Positions 45,514-56,645 of a stretch of DNA of 64,000 bases are shown piece after piece. The notes beneath the pieces are model-generated. The model ran no database searches and was not told the origin of the DNA. It worked only from the letters and a program-made list of their open reading frames with translations. The stretch is from Hyaloraphidium curvatum SAG 235-1 (lineage: Eukaryota > Fungi > Monoblepharomycota), in NCBI GenBank assembly GCA_025558095.1, contig JAIVFI010000005.1, forward strand, positions 496,001 to 560,000, written 5' to 3'. The translations under genes were made by a program, and so were the position numbers. Positions within the stretch are counted from its first letter, which is position 1, and every line of letters begins with the position of its first letter.

Positions 45514-46332
45514 ATGCTTCTATGTCGGACTTTCGCTCGCCCGTCGGTTTCACAACGATTGGATACACGGGCCTTGCTTTCGCGAACACATGCCCTTGGG
45601 GGTCACGAAGCACCCCCACCGAAGCCCGGGTCTCGCGTGGTGTGGTTTCTCCGTCGAGTCGCCTGGTTTGTGCTGCCATCCATGGTGGTGTGGCAGAACG
45701 TTGTCGCGATCGGACGCGTCGAGGGCCGCTCCATGCAGGTGGGCAGTCCGAGGTCGACGAAGAGCTGTGCTCACACGGAGCCCGCAAGCCTACGTTAAAC
45801 CCGGACTCGAACCAGCTTATAGATGACATCGTCCTCCTGGACAAGTGGTCCATCAAGCGGGGCTATAAGTTCAACGTGGGAGACATCGTATTCTGCACGT
45901 AAGGTCGTCGCCGGCTCTACCCCACGCATGGCCGCTCTAACGGCCCATAGAGCTCCGCATGACAAGTCGCTGACCTTGACGAAGCGTATAGTTGCCCTGC
46001 CGTTCGACCTCGTGCGGCCGCTTGACTTTACCAAGAAGGCGTCTCCCTCGGGACAGTTTCTGTCGGACAAAGTGATCGAGATCCCGCAGGGTCGTTGCTG
46101 GCTCGAGTCGGACGAACCTTTCCACGGAACGGACTCGAACACCTTTGGACCCGTGCCGTTGGGCCTTATCCAGGCCCGCGTCGCCTACGTCATATTCCCC
46201 CGCTTCCGCAAGCTCGACCGAGGGGACTGGGAGGAGCGATCGAAGGTGCCGATGTGGGAAGAGACGGACAGCCCTACAAGGCGGATATCGTACCGGAGCG
46301 GCGGTACTTGGGTCCAGCCCAGCGGAGACTGA
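45514..46332 (+). CDS. IMP2: Mitochondrial inner membrane peptidase subunit (S26, Imp2-like)
   Basis: VEGRSMQ|PTLNP (catalytic Ser), DIVLLDK, TKRIVAL (catalytic Lys) and IPQGRCWLESD..TDSNTFGPVPLGLI. Alternative start at 45466. Confidence 0.88.
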
Positions 46333-46361
46333 CTGGAGGTTATATTGGGAAGGCCATACCC

Positions 46362-47943
46362 CTACATAATCGAGCAGATCCCCGACTTGGACTCCTTTTG
46401 TTCGCCGCCGCTCTTCTCGAGCTCGTCCAGCAGCTGCAGTCCCAGCTTTGCTTCGTCGCCCGTCGCGCCCTCCACTTGTGCCACCCTCTCCATGAGTGTG
46501 CGGGCCATGGCGAGGTCCTTCGGCAGAACGGTACCCTCCATGTAGAGCTTTGCGACGTTCATGACGGACGGCGTGAATCCCTGTTGCGCGGCCATCCTCC
46601 AGTACTCCGACGCACGCATCTCGTCCTTCGGTGCAATCTCCTCGCCAGTCGCGAGGTCCTTCATACCCGTCTGGTACATCGCAGCCAGGTTGTGCTGCGC
46701 AACGGCCAGGCCCATCCCTGCAGCTTTCTCAAAGAGCCGGAAGGCGCGCGCCACATCCTTAGGAACCGGATCGGCACCTGTGGACAAAATGGCGCCCAGA
46801 ACGAAGATCGCATGCGGGTGATCTGTCGCCAAACCGACGTGAGGCCTTCTTCATGTCGGCGGGTGCTTGGACCTACCCAGTTCGGCCGCCTTCTCCAAAA
46901 GAACCACGGCCTTCTCCACGTCCTTCTCGACCATATCGCCTCTTCCATCCTTGTGCGCGATTCCCATTTGCGCCAAAGCATCCGGGAAGCCCGCTTCAGC
47001 GGCCTTCTTCATGAGGTCCCATCCTTGCCGCTGGGTCTCCTCCACGGCCGCCCAAATGGTCGCCAAGGCATACTGCGACGGTGCGTGTCCCTTGGCCAGC
47101 GCGAGTTCCTGCAACCTTCCAAGAGCGATTTGGGGACCATCCGGAACGGGTATTATGCCCCGGTGAAGCATGACAGCGACGTCACACTCCGCGTCCAAGT
47201 CCTCGCGCGAGATGGCCACATCGTAAAGCCGCATCGTAACCGGAATGGCGTTGGGATTCCGTGCCAGGACGCGGGCCAGCATGCTAATGTTTCGCGTGTC
47301 CTTTGCCGCGACTGGAGGAACGTTAAGCGGTGAACCAGGGGCGGAAAAGCGGCCGGGCCACTGACGTTCGAAAATCCTCTCATCGGTCTCCAGCATGTTG
47401 GGTTCGGGTTTCGGTCTTCCATCGGCCGCGTCCCCCACTGTGCTATTCACCGCGTCCACAGCGATTCGGAGCAACTGCATCCCATCCGGGGGTTCGATGG
47501 TAATGAGCTTCTGCTCCTTCATGGCTTTCAAAGTCCGGTCTGGGATTGCAACGTCTGCATCACATTGGCTGATCAGGGCGGTCTCTGGAGCTCATGATCC
47601 GCCGGGGCTAACCTTCTAAGGTGATCCGTCCCGGGACGTCGGTCTCCTCGTGCGCAATCGGCTCGTCTCCCTCAGACCCGGCTTTTTCTTCGGCGGCAGC
47701 AAAAATCCCGCCCATGGCAGATTTCTTCCGAGGTCCATGGGTCGAAAAAGGGCGAGAAGGCGCCACCCGCGTCCAAGCGGAACGTTCGGGCGGATTCGCG
47801 CTCTGCGCTCCTTCCCAGCTCGCAGAACACGCGTTCCCCACTCTCGGCGCCAAGAGCAAGGATGACGTCGCAAGGATTGGAACGCGCGACGGAGATGCGT
47901 GGCATAGGGCTAGAATCGGTGGCAATGGCCGCGATGGTCGCAT
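46362..47943 (-). CDS. Sel1-like repeat protein with mitochondrial-like leader and C-terminal CaaX (CSIM)
   Basis: Repeats GHAPSQYALA, AAEAGFPDALAQMG..VEKDVEKAVVLLEKAAELD, KDVARAFRLFEKAAGMGLAVAQHNLA and KDEMRASEYWRMAAQQG. Introns near 47552-47611 and 46823-46874. Confidence 0.85.
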
Positions 47944-48048
47944 GTTTACAGCACGACGGGTGGCGTCGATCACGGGCTTCGTCTCGGTGAGTCGCACACA
48001 TCGCCTCTGCTACTAGCTGTTGCTAGAAAATCCGCCGGCAGCGCCCCA

Positions 48049-51000
48049 ATGCCAGTGGCCTTGGCATCTCCATCTGCAAACTCTGCGCCTCGGGCTTCTT
48101 CACAACTACCTGTGCCCCGGACGCCAATGTTGGTGGACGGCCCCGCCATCGCAACTCGGCTCAAGCAGACTGGGAAGCTGAGCTCGGCGGAGATTTCTGC
48201 GTCGTTGGGAGTACATCGCACGACCTATTTTCGTTGGATCAAGTGGGCATCGCTGCCCCCGGCATCGAGAGAGGGAGTTCGCAAGGTCCGGAGCCGCCGC
48301 AAGGTCACGGACCAGATGGTCCAGGACATCGTACACGAGGCAAAAAGCCAGGTCAGGGTCACCCAGCAGGAGCTAGTTCTTTTTCTGGCAGAAAAGTACG
48401 GGATCCGCGTCTCCCAGCAGCACGTTTCGCGGCTGCTGAAGGCAAATGGCGTCACTAGGAAGAGGCTCACCGTCAAGTCTTCCGAGGCCTTACGGCAACC
48501 GGAAAGGCATCTTCTGTTTCATAGTCGCATCGAGAATGTGCCTATGGAACGCATGGTCGCACTGGACGAAACGGCTTTCGAGCTCAACGACCCGGGCAGC
48601 CACGGGTACTCGGACCGCGGAAGCCGCGCTGTTGTCTACCTCCCGCGGAATAGAGGTCCAAAGGTGACTCTGTGTCTCGCAGTGTCACCAAGTCCTCGTC
48701 CGGGAGCAGTTGCTGGAACGGTGATCTCGTATGTGATCTACCGTGGCAATATGAACACGGAGCGATTCTGCGCTTTCTTGAGGTCTGTTAAGGCAGACGG
48801 ACAGGGCCCCAAGAACGCGCTGAACATTGTGATTGACAATGCTGGTTACCATGGATCCCCTTTGAGGGCAAAGAAGACCGCAAATGGTACTGCGATTGTA
48901 GAGAACACCTCCGGCAAATCGTTCCTCGCGGTTCAGGCGGTGGCGAAAGCCAACAACCTCAACCTCGTGTACCTGCGACCCCGTACTCCCGAGTTCAATG
49001 CGAGTGAGCACGTGATAGGGCGGTTGAAGCGCCTTGTCCGGCGAGACTGTCCCTCCACTGTGGCCGATCTGATTGACGCTGTCGAGAGGGCGATACGAAT
49101 TGTTGGGGAGAGCGATCTCTGTCCCACTTTTCGGCACTGCATCAAGCTCAGCGCGGAAGAGAAGGCGCGCATTCAGCGGGAGATGCTTCGGTCCGACAAC
49201 CTTGGTTCCACGAGCGGGTGCATACAACCGGAAACGGCAACTGGCGAGATCACGGGAGACACAAACTCGACCCGCATGGACACCGGATCGGGTCCCGGGG
49301 CCGCGCCCAGGAACGCGGTGGACGACGGCATCGCTGCTCGAGAAGCGGCCCGCCTGCTGCAGGAGGTGGGGAACTCGTCGCCGTCGTCATTGACGCGTGC
49401 CGACCTCCGTTTGACTTCCCAGGCCCGGGAACTCGGAGTGGCCGAGGTCGACGTCCACAAGGCCTACGATGTGAACCAGCTCTATGGCCGACTACGAGGA
49501 CTCAGTAATGGAGGTGCTTTCGGATCGGCGTGGAACACGTTTCTGGACGAGCTGCAGAACGCCCGCGCCACCGCCTCCAAGGACGTCATCGGCACCCTCA
49601 CCTCCCTCCCTCCCGACCAGTTCCGCGGAATATGCTCCGCAGTCGAGAAAGGCAAAGGCAAGGAGGTCCGCGCGGCCCTCTGCCGGAAGCTGCGGAACTT
49701 CGTCGAGCGACGTCGGCTCCCCGCGCCCGTCGCCGACGAACCATCGCCGGCCACTGCGGGCACCCCTTCCGGCCTCTCGCCGCCTCCGCCGCTCTTTCCA
49801 ACTGTTTTAGCGAACCCGATTTTCGCTCCAGCCGTTGTCGGAGCCCCGGGGGCGCAGCTGGACGCTCTGCTGGACTACGCTCTGGAGCCGACCGTGCCCA
49901 AGGACCTGCGTGAGGCTGTCAAGTACGCGTGCTGTGCCGGGCTTTCCGACCTGGACCAGGGTCGTCCGGACGGCAGTTACTCGTCCCTCTCCGCGACGAG
50001 GAAGGAACGACTTTTTGTCTCGCGCCTGGTGGCGGTCGACCGTGAAGGAGGCTTCCACCGCTGGACGGCAGCGACCGAGATCCGTCTGCGTGGGCGGCTG
50101 ATGGCGAGTGATGCGGCTCGTTTGGATGATTTCGTCCATTCCGTATTCCTTGCTCGAGTGCGGCACTTCGTTCGCCAGCCGGAAGCCGGGCTCATACCCG
50201 TGGAGGACTTCGAGCTCCCAGCCCAGACCCACCTCCGCCGGCCGCAGAACTGGCGCAAGATCCTGGAGGACGCCCTCGGCGCGCTCAAGAACGCGTCCGG
50301 GAAAGCCCTGTGGGATCGGAGGAGTCGTTCGCTCGAGGTTGCGCTCGCCAGCCTGACTCTGGAAGAGCGCATGGCGCTCGTTGTCCGCACGGACTTGCCC
50401 AAGGACATTGCCTTTCAGCAGGCTGAACAGCGCCGCATCTTCTTCGAAACCTTCCTCTGGGGCCCCATGAAGGCCAACGAGGCGCTCCTGGGCATACCGG
50501 ATCGTGGTCCGGTGCCCGCGCTGGTGAGCAACGTTCTGGCTTCCAGCTCCAGCATTCTGGGCTGACGGTGCACTCCTCGCAGCCGCTGACCTTCTACGAG
50601 ATCTTCCAGCCCACGAAGGGGTTAAGAGGCGTGAGCGAAAGGGCGGACGCGGACCTCGGCTCGTTCTTCGACAAGGCTTTGGCTGCTGTGCACGGAGAGG
50701 AGGGGCGCTCGGTCCTGTTTGAGTTGATCTTTTCTGGCCACCCGATGCGCGACCATTTGCTGGACTATTGGGGGTTCGATTCGCTCGTGAACCCTGTCAG
50801 CGACGCCGCCCGTCGCGCGAGCGTCGCGTTCCACCTGAAGTTGGACGCGCTCGAAAAGGCCTTTGACGCCAAGCGCGTCGACATCTGTTCCCTCGGATGC
50901 CTTTATTGTCCCTTCACAGTGGCGGTCGAGGGCCGGGTGCCGGCTCGGAACCCGGAGCGGAAGAGAAAGGACGCGAACGGCGCTACGGCCGGCAAGTCGT

Positions 51001-51167
51001 CGGATCAGCGCCAGTACGACGCTGGCGTGCGGCTCGGGCATCACGTCGCGGGGAAGCACTTTACGTGCCAGATCTGCCGCAAAGACGGCAGGCGTGTCAC
51101 GTTTGCGTTCGAGGCCAAGTACCGGGAACACGTGGAAACCCAGCATGCAGATGCTCCTCTCCAGTAG
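48049..51167 (+). CDS. IS630/Tc1-mariner DDE transposase with long C-terminal extension and C2H2 zinc fingers (exons 48049-50523, 50583-51167; ~1019 aa)
   Basis: Two HTH motifs (SAEISASLGVHRTTYFRW; TQQELVLFLAEKYGIRVSQQHVSRLLKANGVTRKR) and triad LDET (D 48565), IDNAGYH (D 48835), YLRPRTPEFNASE (E 49006). A phase-0 intron 50524-50582 (GTGAGC..CTGAC..CAG) joins the ORF with CLYC..HH..H and CQIC..H..H fingers. Confidence 0.9.
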
Positions 51168-51344
51168 GTCTCCGCAAGAGATCCACACGGGGTCATTACT
51201 CATCCTCGCTGTCCCAGCCTCGTCATCCCCCGGGCCTTCACATCACGGCGCGGACTGCTGCTCGCCCAGGTCAACTACATTGTGCCGCACGCCTGCCGCA
51301 CTCAAGCAACGGAAGCGGAGAGTGCTGCCGCCGGAGCAACGGCG

Positions 51345-54300
51345 ATGGACGTAGACGGGGCGAAGGACGAAGGTTGCGCGGCAAAGGAGCCCAGGTGCCA
51401 CCTCTGCCTGTCGACAACCCGGGGACACCGGCGAGGATGCCGGCCGGCTTTGCGGCAAGCTGCGGAGAATGCGTACAAGGCCGTCGGGGATGCGGAGCAC
51501 GAGCGGCACGTGACCGAGCGCGCCATGTCGACAACCTGGTTCTTGCCCGAGGAGGCCCTCCACCCCTGGGCGATCGAGCCGCTCAAGAGCGTGGGGCTGC
51601 TCATTTCCCGCGCCGCAACCGGTGCGGCGTCCTTTGCAAAGCTCGTCTGGACCTCGGCGATGCTGGCAGTATACAACGGTCTGCTGGACAACCGCTCCGT
51701 TCCCCCTGCCATCCTGCGCAAGTTCCCACCTTCCGTCGTAGCGAACATGGCGATGCGGGTGGTTTTGAACGAGGGGGCGCTAAACGCCAACGCAGGCACA
51801 CGCCGGAGGAAGAAGCCGCGCGGGGACATCGGCACGGATCCGGGCGTGGAGATCACCGCAACTGGCGCGGGACTCGGCACGGTCACGGAAATGGCGGAGG
51901 ACGATGACGAGCCCGCTGCCGAAGATGGGGAAGAAGAAGAGGAGGGCGGAGATTTCGGTGAATACGCCGGGTTCGCGGACTTCCTGGCCGGCGAGGGGGA
52001 AGCCGACGGACCTGAACACGTGCTGGAAGCTCTGGGCGCCGGCTTCGGTGGCGACGGGATGGCCGACGACGGCGAGGCTTTTGACGGTCCCGGCACCCTC
52101 TCCGTGGAGGAGCATAACGCGGCGGCTGCGGTTCTGCGGGCGGTAGTCACCGACGCCTACCACGAGCTGAGGCCGGACCTGGCTTCCGAGTTTGCCGACT
52201 GGCACCACTACCTGCTGCGCGGCCCGCTGCTCGGTTACTTCAGGAATCTTGCCGCAGGACGCCTCCGCACCGTCCCCATCCAGCTGCGCAAGGAGCTTTC
52301 GGACCTGATCCGCACCTTCCTGAAGGAGGAGCTGGACAACGCCGTGAAGCGGCAAAAGATTGGCCACATCTTGCGCTGCGTGCTGGCCAAGCTCGGGACG
52401 GGTGATACGAACTTTTTCGGCACCAGCTTCGCGGCCTTTGGCTGCAGCCCCGAGTTTGACGCGGAGGCTCGGCTTCGCCTGACCTGGCTACTCCTGCCGC
52501 TATCCGGACGCTCGCTGAATACGATCATGGACCTGCGGGAGCCCCGCGACCGGCCAAAATGGCCAGCGACTGTCCTACAGCGCGTGATGCTTTCGCTGAG
52601 GAAGCGGGACGTGGAGCTGAAGCGGTCGGCGATGGCGACGCGTATCCGCAGCGTCGCCATATCGCCGCAGAAGGCGCGCGGCAAGTCGCAGGACGAGGAG
52701 GACGCAAAGGCGGCGTACCTGCTGGATCTGCGCGACCGGGCCCAAGCCGAGCTCCGCCGGATGCCGCCTGAAGCGATCAGGCAACTGCAGGAGGAGGAGC
52801 GGCACGAACTGGTCGAGACGTATGTGGCTGACAAGCTGCAGTTGCGTGGCATCCCCGTCGAGATCCCCTCCGTGCAGGGGGTTGGCATCCACCCCACAAA
52901 GAGCCGCTTTTGGGGGCCGGAGTGGACGGAGGGCCTGGACAAGGAGGCGCTGTTGCAGCGCTACGAGAGGGAGCTGCTCGATGAGAGGCAGAGGGCGCGT
53001 CAGCTGAGCACAGCTGAACTTCGCCTCGCGCAGACGGGCAAATGCGCGGACGCGGACGCGTTTGGCTCCGAGGCTCTCTTTCAGACTATGCGGCTGCGGG
53101 AGGAGCAGATCGCGAGGCTCAAGATGCGGCGATCGTCAAGCGTTGCCTCGACCGGATCTGAACCAAGCCCGACGGCCTTGCCGCAAAGCTCGACACCGAC
53201 ACCTTCATCATCGAGTGCGGCGGACAGCGCTCGGCGCGTCGCCGCCAGCTTCACCACCGAGGCCGCAATGGACGTTGACCCTGCGAACGAGGCGGAGGGT
53301 GGTGGACCCTCTGCGACTCTGTTCCGCGGAAGTGCCGCCGTGGACCTGCTTTGCGCGGACATGGAATGCTCCGACTCGGAAGACGGCAATGTTGAGGCTG
53401 CTGACGACTTCCCCACGATCGGCGGCGGGAAGCAGAAGTCGAAAAAGGGCCGACCGATCCGAGTGGACCCCAAGCCGTGGCCGAAGAACGGGGCACCCAA
53501 GCGATTCCATGGCTACGTCACGACGGGGAAGAAGCGGGCGCCGCTGTCGCCCGAGGGCAAGGTGAAGAAGCGATTGGGGAAGTCACGTGTGGCGGCTCGC
53601 CGATGGTCCAGCGCGGCCGGAGGGAGCGGGGAGAAGAGCGTGGGTGACGCGTTCTCTCCCGTGGTGAGGTCGTCATTCTGATACGTTTCATGAACAACAG
53701 CAGTCAAGGACCCAAGGCGGCACCACCGGAGGGACCTGGGCCGCGGGCGGGATCCGGCCGCTCTTGACCAGGACTTCCCTCACCCCCATAGCCCTGTACA
53801 TAACCGCGAGCGATCTGCCCGACCTCTTCAAGATGCTCGGTGTTAAGCTCGGCCCCTTGGCACCGGACGTGGCCAAGATCAACCCCGATTACCTGTTTGG
53901 ACACCTGTTCAACAATGGCAACAAAATTGTTCAGGACGAGCGTCTTTTCCGCCTCCATCAGGAGGGGAAGCGCTCCCCGGCAGGGCACGCGGACGCCTCA
54001 CGGCCGACCCTTCGCCGGTCGGGCGATGCGCTGCACTGCTCGTGCATTGCTGGCATGGTTCTTCGTGGCCCAACCTTTGCCATTGTCGAGGAGCACATGG
54101 CCGTCGTGCCCAGGGCTTCGAAGCCGAAGGCACCGCAGCAGCAGTGGACGGAATCTGAGCCCAAAGTGACGCCGCCCTTGGATTGTAGGTCCCCGTTCTT
54201 TCATCGGAGCTTCCGCGCCTAACCTGCTTCCCAACAGTCTTCCTCAGCGCGCCATCGCCCGAGCCGTGTTGGGAGTGTACGGAGCCAGAACAGCACGCCC

Positions 54301-56630
54301 ACTGGCACGACTTTTCGGCCCAAGATTCGTTCGGGATGCCCGCGGTCCTCGTGCCCACCCTTCCGCACGGTGCTCCGGACCCCCCGCCGGGCATGGCCGT
54401 CGTTGATGGTATGTCATCCTTGCCGCTGCACTCAGCGCTGCTGATGTGTTCATCTTCAAGCTCACGGCTGGCTCCATGCTGGCGGGACCGTCTTCTTCCC
54501 CCCGCCCGCCATTACCGACGATGCCGAGCACTTGCTGGTAGATCCCGACTCGACTCCTTTCACGTGGATGGACGTGGATCAGGATTGGATCGGGCTCCCG
54601 CCTCCCGCCTCCATCCCCCCCGAACCCCCACCCGCAACATCACCGAACTCCTCCACATCGGTACCTTCCGAGTCTCCATCCTCCTTCACTCCCACCCTCG
54701 CTCCTCCGCCTCCTCTTCCCATCCCGACGGCCTCGCCTGTGGGTGCCGCAGGATCTTCTCCGCTTCCGCCCTCTTCTCCACCTGCCCCTGCTCAGCCTCC
54801 AACCTCCGCTCCTCTCCCACCGCACCCTCGCTCTACGTGCTCATCGATACCTCGTCCGCCTGTTGACTGGAAGACCTCTATACCGTGCTACAACTTTAGC
54901 CGGAAGGCGGACGCGGAGAAGCTAATGCCGCACTTCCTAACAATGGCAACGGAAGAGGAGATGTGGGATGCCGCCCAACGGGGCCTTCCCGTTTCTGGTG
55001 GCGTTGTCTTTTGCGATCCAAATCGCTGGTTCTATATGCAGGGCGGTCGACGACTTGCACCCGCGTTTGTGGCCCGCTGCCTGGACCCCGGCCCGGGGAG
55101 ACGGTTCGACTTCGCAAACACCCACCTACCCGAGCTTTCGGAGAAGATCGTCGTCACCAACCCGGACGGCACCACATCGACATACATTCTTGTGCGCGCC
55201 AACGTGCCCAAGGGGTGCATCTCTGCGGGCCGCATCAAGGACATCCGGCTCGAACACTCCTGCGACGAGACGGCCCGCGTTGCGCGGGCGACGCAGGCGG
55301 CGCCGCGCAACATCCGCTGCCGACACCACCCGGACGGCGCCGCCAAGCTCTCGGCTCACCGCCCGACCAACCGCGGGCATGCGAACCGCGACGAGAAGCT
55401 GCGGAAGGCCGAACGGAACTGGACGCTTTTCCCCAACCCCGACGGCGGGTCCGATGCCGACGGGGACAGGTTCTGGGGTGGTATCGCCGGCTTTGGGCGC
55501 GCCGGCGTCCGCCAGCTTCCGGAGCTCATTCTCGGCGTGCCTGGGGACCTCGATCGCCGGATGTGTGGTTACCAGCACGCTTCTAGGAAACTGGCGTCGC
55601 TGCGCAAGTCGCACACCCTCCCCTCCGGCCTGACAATCGAGGCTTGGGAATCGGCACTGCCTTCGCAGCGGACGACGAGCTGCGAGCAGTTTCGCAAGTA
55701 CGCCCATGCCATCACGAAGGAGCTCTGCTCCGTCGTCAAGTTCTACTGCAATGATGAGATATGGTTTGTTCACGGCCAGCCTGCGTGATTGGGATGCAGC
55801 CTTCCTGACGCCTTCTTTTGCAGCCGCGACCGCGTCCGTACCATCCGGAGGCGTCGGCAGGTGCTCGACTGGATCGCCCGCGACCTGTGTCGCAACCCGT
55901 ACTCGGGCAAGTTCGATTCCCAGACCACCTTCGCCTATGGCGCCGCCCGCTTTGGTCACGCAAGCAAGGGCGGTCCGGCTTCTCGGATTGTGCAGTTCAG
56001 GGCCGCGCTCGCGGCCGTTGGAATCCTCGTTTTGATCAACGAGTACCTGACGAGCCAGATGTGTTCAAAGTGAGTTTTCCCTCGTACTTCGCGCCTGATT
56101 TCGCGGCATTGATCGCCCTCTCGGCAGGTGCCTGACGACCTACGTTGTCCCCATCACCAACCCCGGGTGCCGTGGCGAGATCCGGGGCGCCAAGTACTGC
56201 CCGACCTGTCGCACGTACTGGATGAGGGACGTCAACAGCTGTCGGTCCATCGGGTACCTGTTCTGGTTCGCGATCGCTACCGGTGGCGAGCGCCCCTGGC
56301 CGTTCAAGCCTGACACCAGGAGGCGCAAGCCGTCGAAGCCGGCCGCGAAGTCCGCTGGTACGCTGATTTTGCTCGCTTTGGAGCGTGTGAGCTGATGGCG
56401 TTGCAGGCACCACTCTTCAGACCGGATCCGTTCCCACCGTGCCCAAGCGTCCTGGTGCGGTGGCGCGGGGACGCGGCTCTGCCAAGAAGGTCAGGCTGGA
56501 CGGCCCCGGCCGTGGGTCTTCTTATCTTTCTTCTCTACAAATTGGCGGGTGGTGCGAGCCCTCGCCTGTGCCCGATTGTGGGCTTGATCGAGGTGGAGTC
56601 CGAGAGGACCGCCTTTTTGGTGGCAAGTAG
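51345..56630 (+). CDS. Fanzor (Fanzor1-like, TnpB/Cas12 homolog) RNA-guided endonuclease, intron-split, ~1650 aa from the first ATG
   Basis: Predicted exons 51345-53639, 53701-54184, 54238-54408, 54461-55763, 55824-56069, 56128-56357 and 56407-56630 keep frame through GT-AG introns of 49-61 nt. RuvC-I CLDPG (D 55084); FY..R.R..RQVLDWIARDL; AYGAARFG..GGP; RuvC-II INEYLTSQMCSK|C (E 56041); CPTC; RuvC-III WMRDVNS..SIG (D 56228); terminal RPWPF. The stop is 56395 if the last intron is retained. Confidence 0.88.
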
Positions 56631-56645
56631 CATTCCATATGTGTG
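56510..56645 (+). ncRNA. Candidate Fanzor omegaRNA scaffold
   Basis: Hairpin GGCGGGTGGT-GCGA-GCCCTCGCC (56544-56566) and hairpin AGGTG(GA)GTCC-GAGA-GGACCGCCT (56591-56614) both have GNRA loops, with GCCC-N6-GGGC (56570-56583) between them. They lie at the Fanzor 3' end, where TnpB/Fanzor omegaRNAs are encoded. Boundaries are approximate. Confidence 0.6.

Larger units (their letters stand above)
47995..56645 (+). mobile_element. IS630/Tc1-mariner-type DNA transposon (or domesticated derivative) carrying a Fanzor nuclease; ends tentative
   Basis: A DDE transposase, Fanzor and structured 3' RNA-like region are co-oriented between host genes (Sel1 start 47943, ERG8 stop 56677). The ends rest only on a weak 16/23 inverted match. 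Confidence 0.75.

Noticed and set aside
54590-54860. C/T-rich tract as a simple repeat or non-coding spacer
   Set aside because: It is in-frame Pro/Ser-rich coding sequence within a Fanzor exon.
50568-56073. Treating ORFs 50568, 51282, 53764, 54532 and 55789 as separate genes or as a frameshifted pseudogene
   Set aside because: Every break coincides with a GT..AG segment of 52-61 nt whose removal restores the frame, which fits introns better.
56591-56618. Hairpin plus T5 read as a bacterial rho-independent terminator
   Set aside because: The context is eukaryotic with spliceosomal introns. It is better read as part of a structured RNA, although a Pol III-type stop at the T-run cannot be excluded.
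48049-56630. Bacterial contamination (IS630 plus TnpB) or a chimeric contig
   Set aside because: The locus has multiple host-style spliceosomal introns, C2H2 fingers and an NLS-like tail, and it joins directly to fungal genes on both sides.
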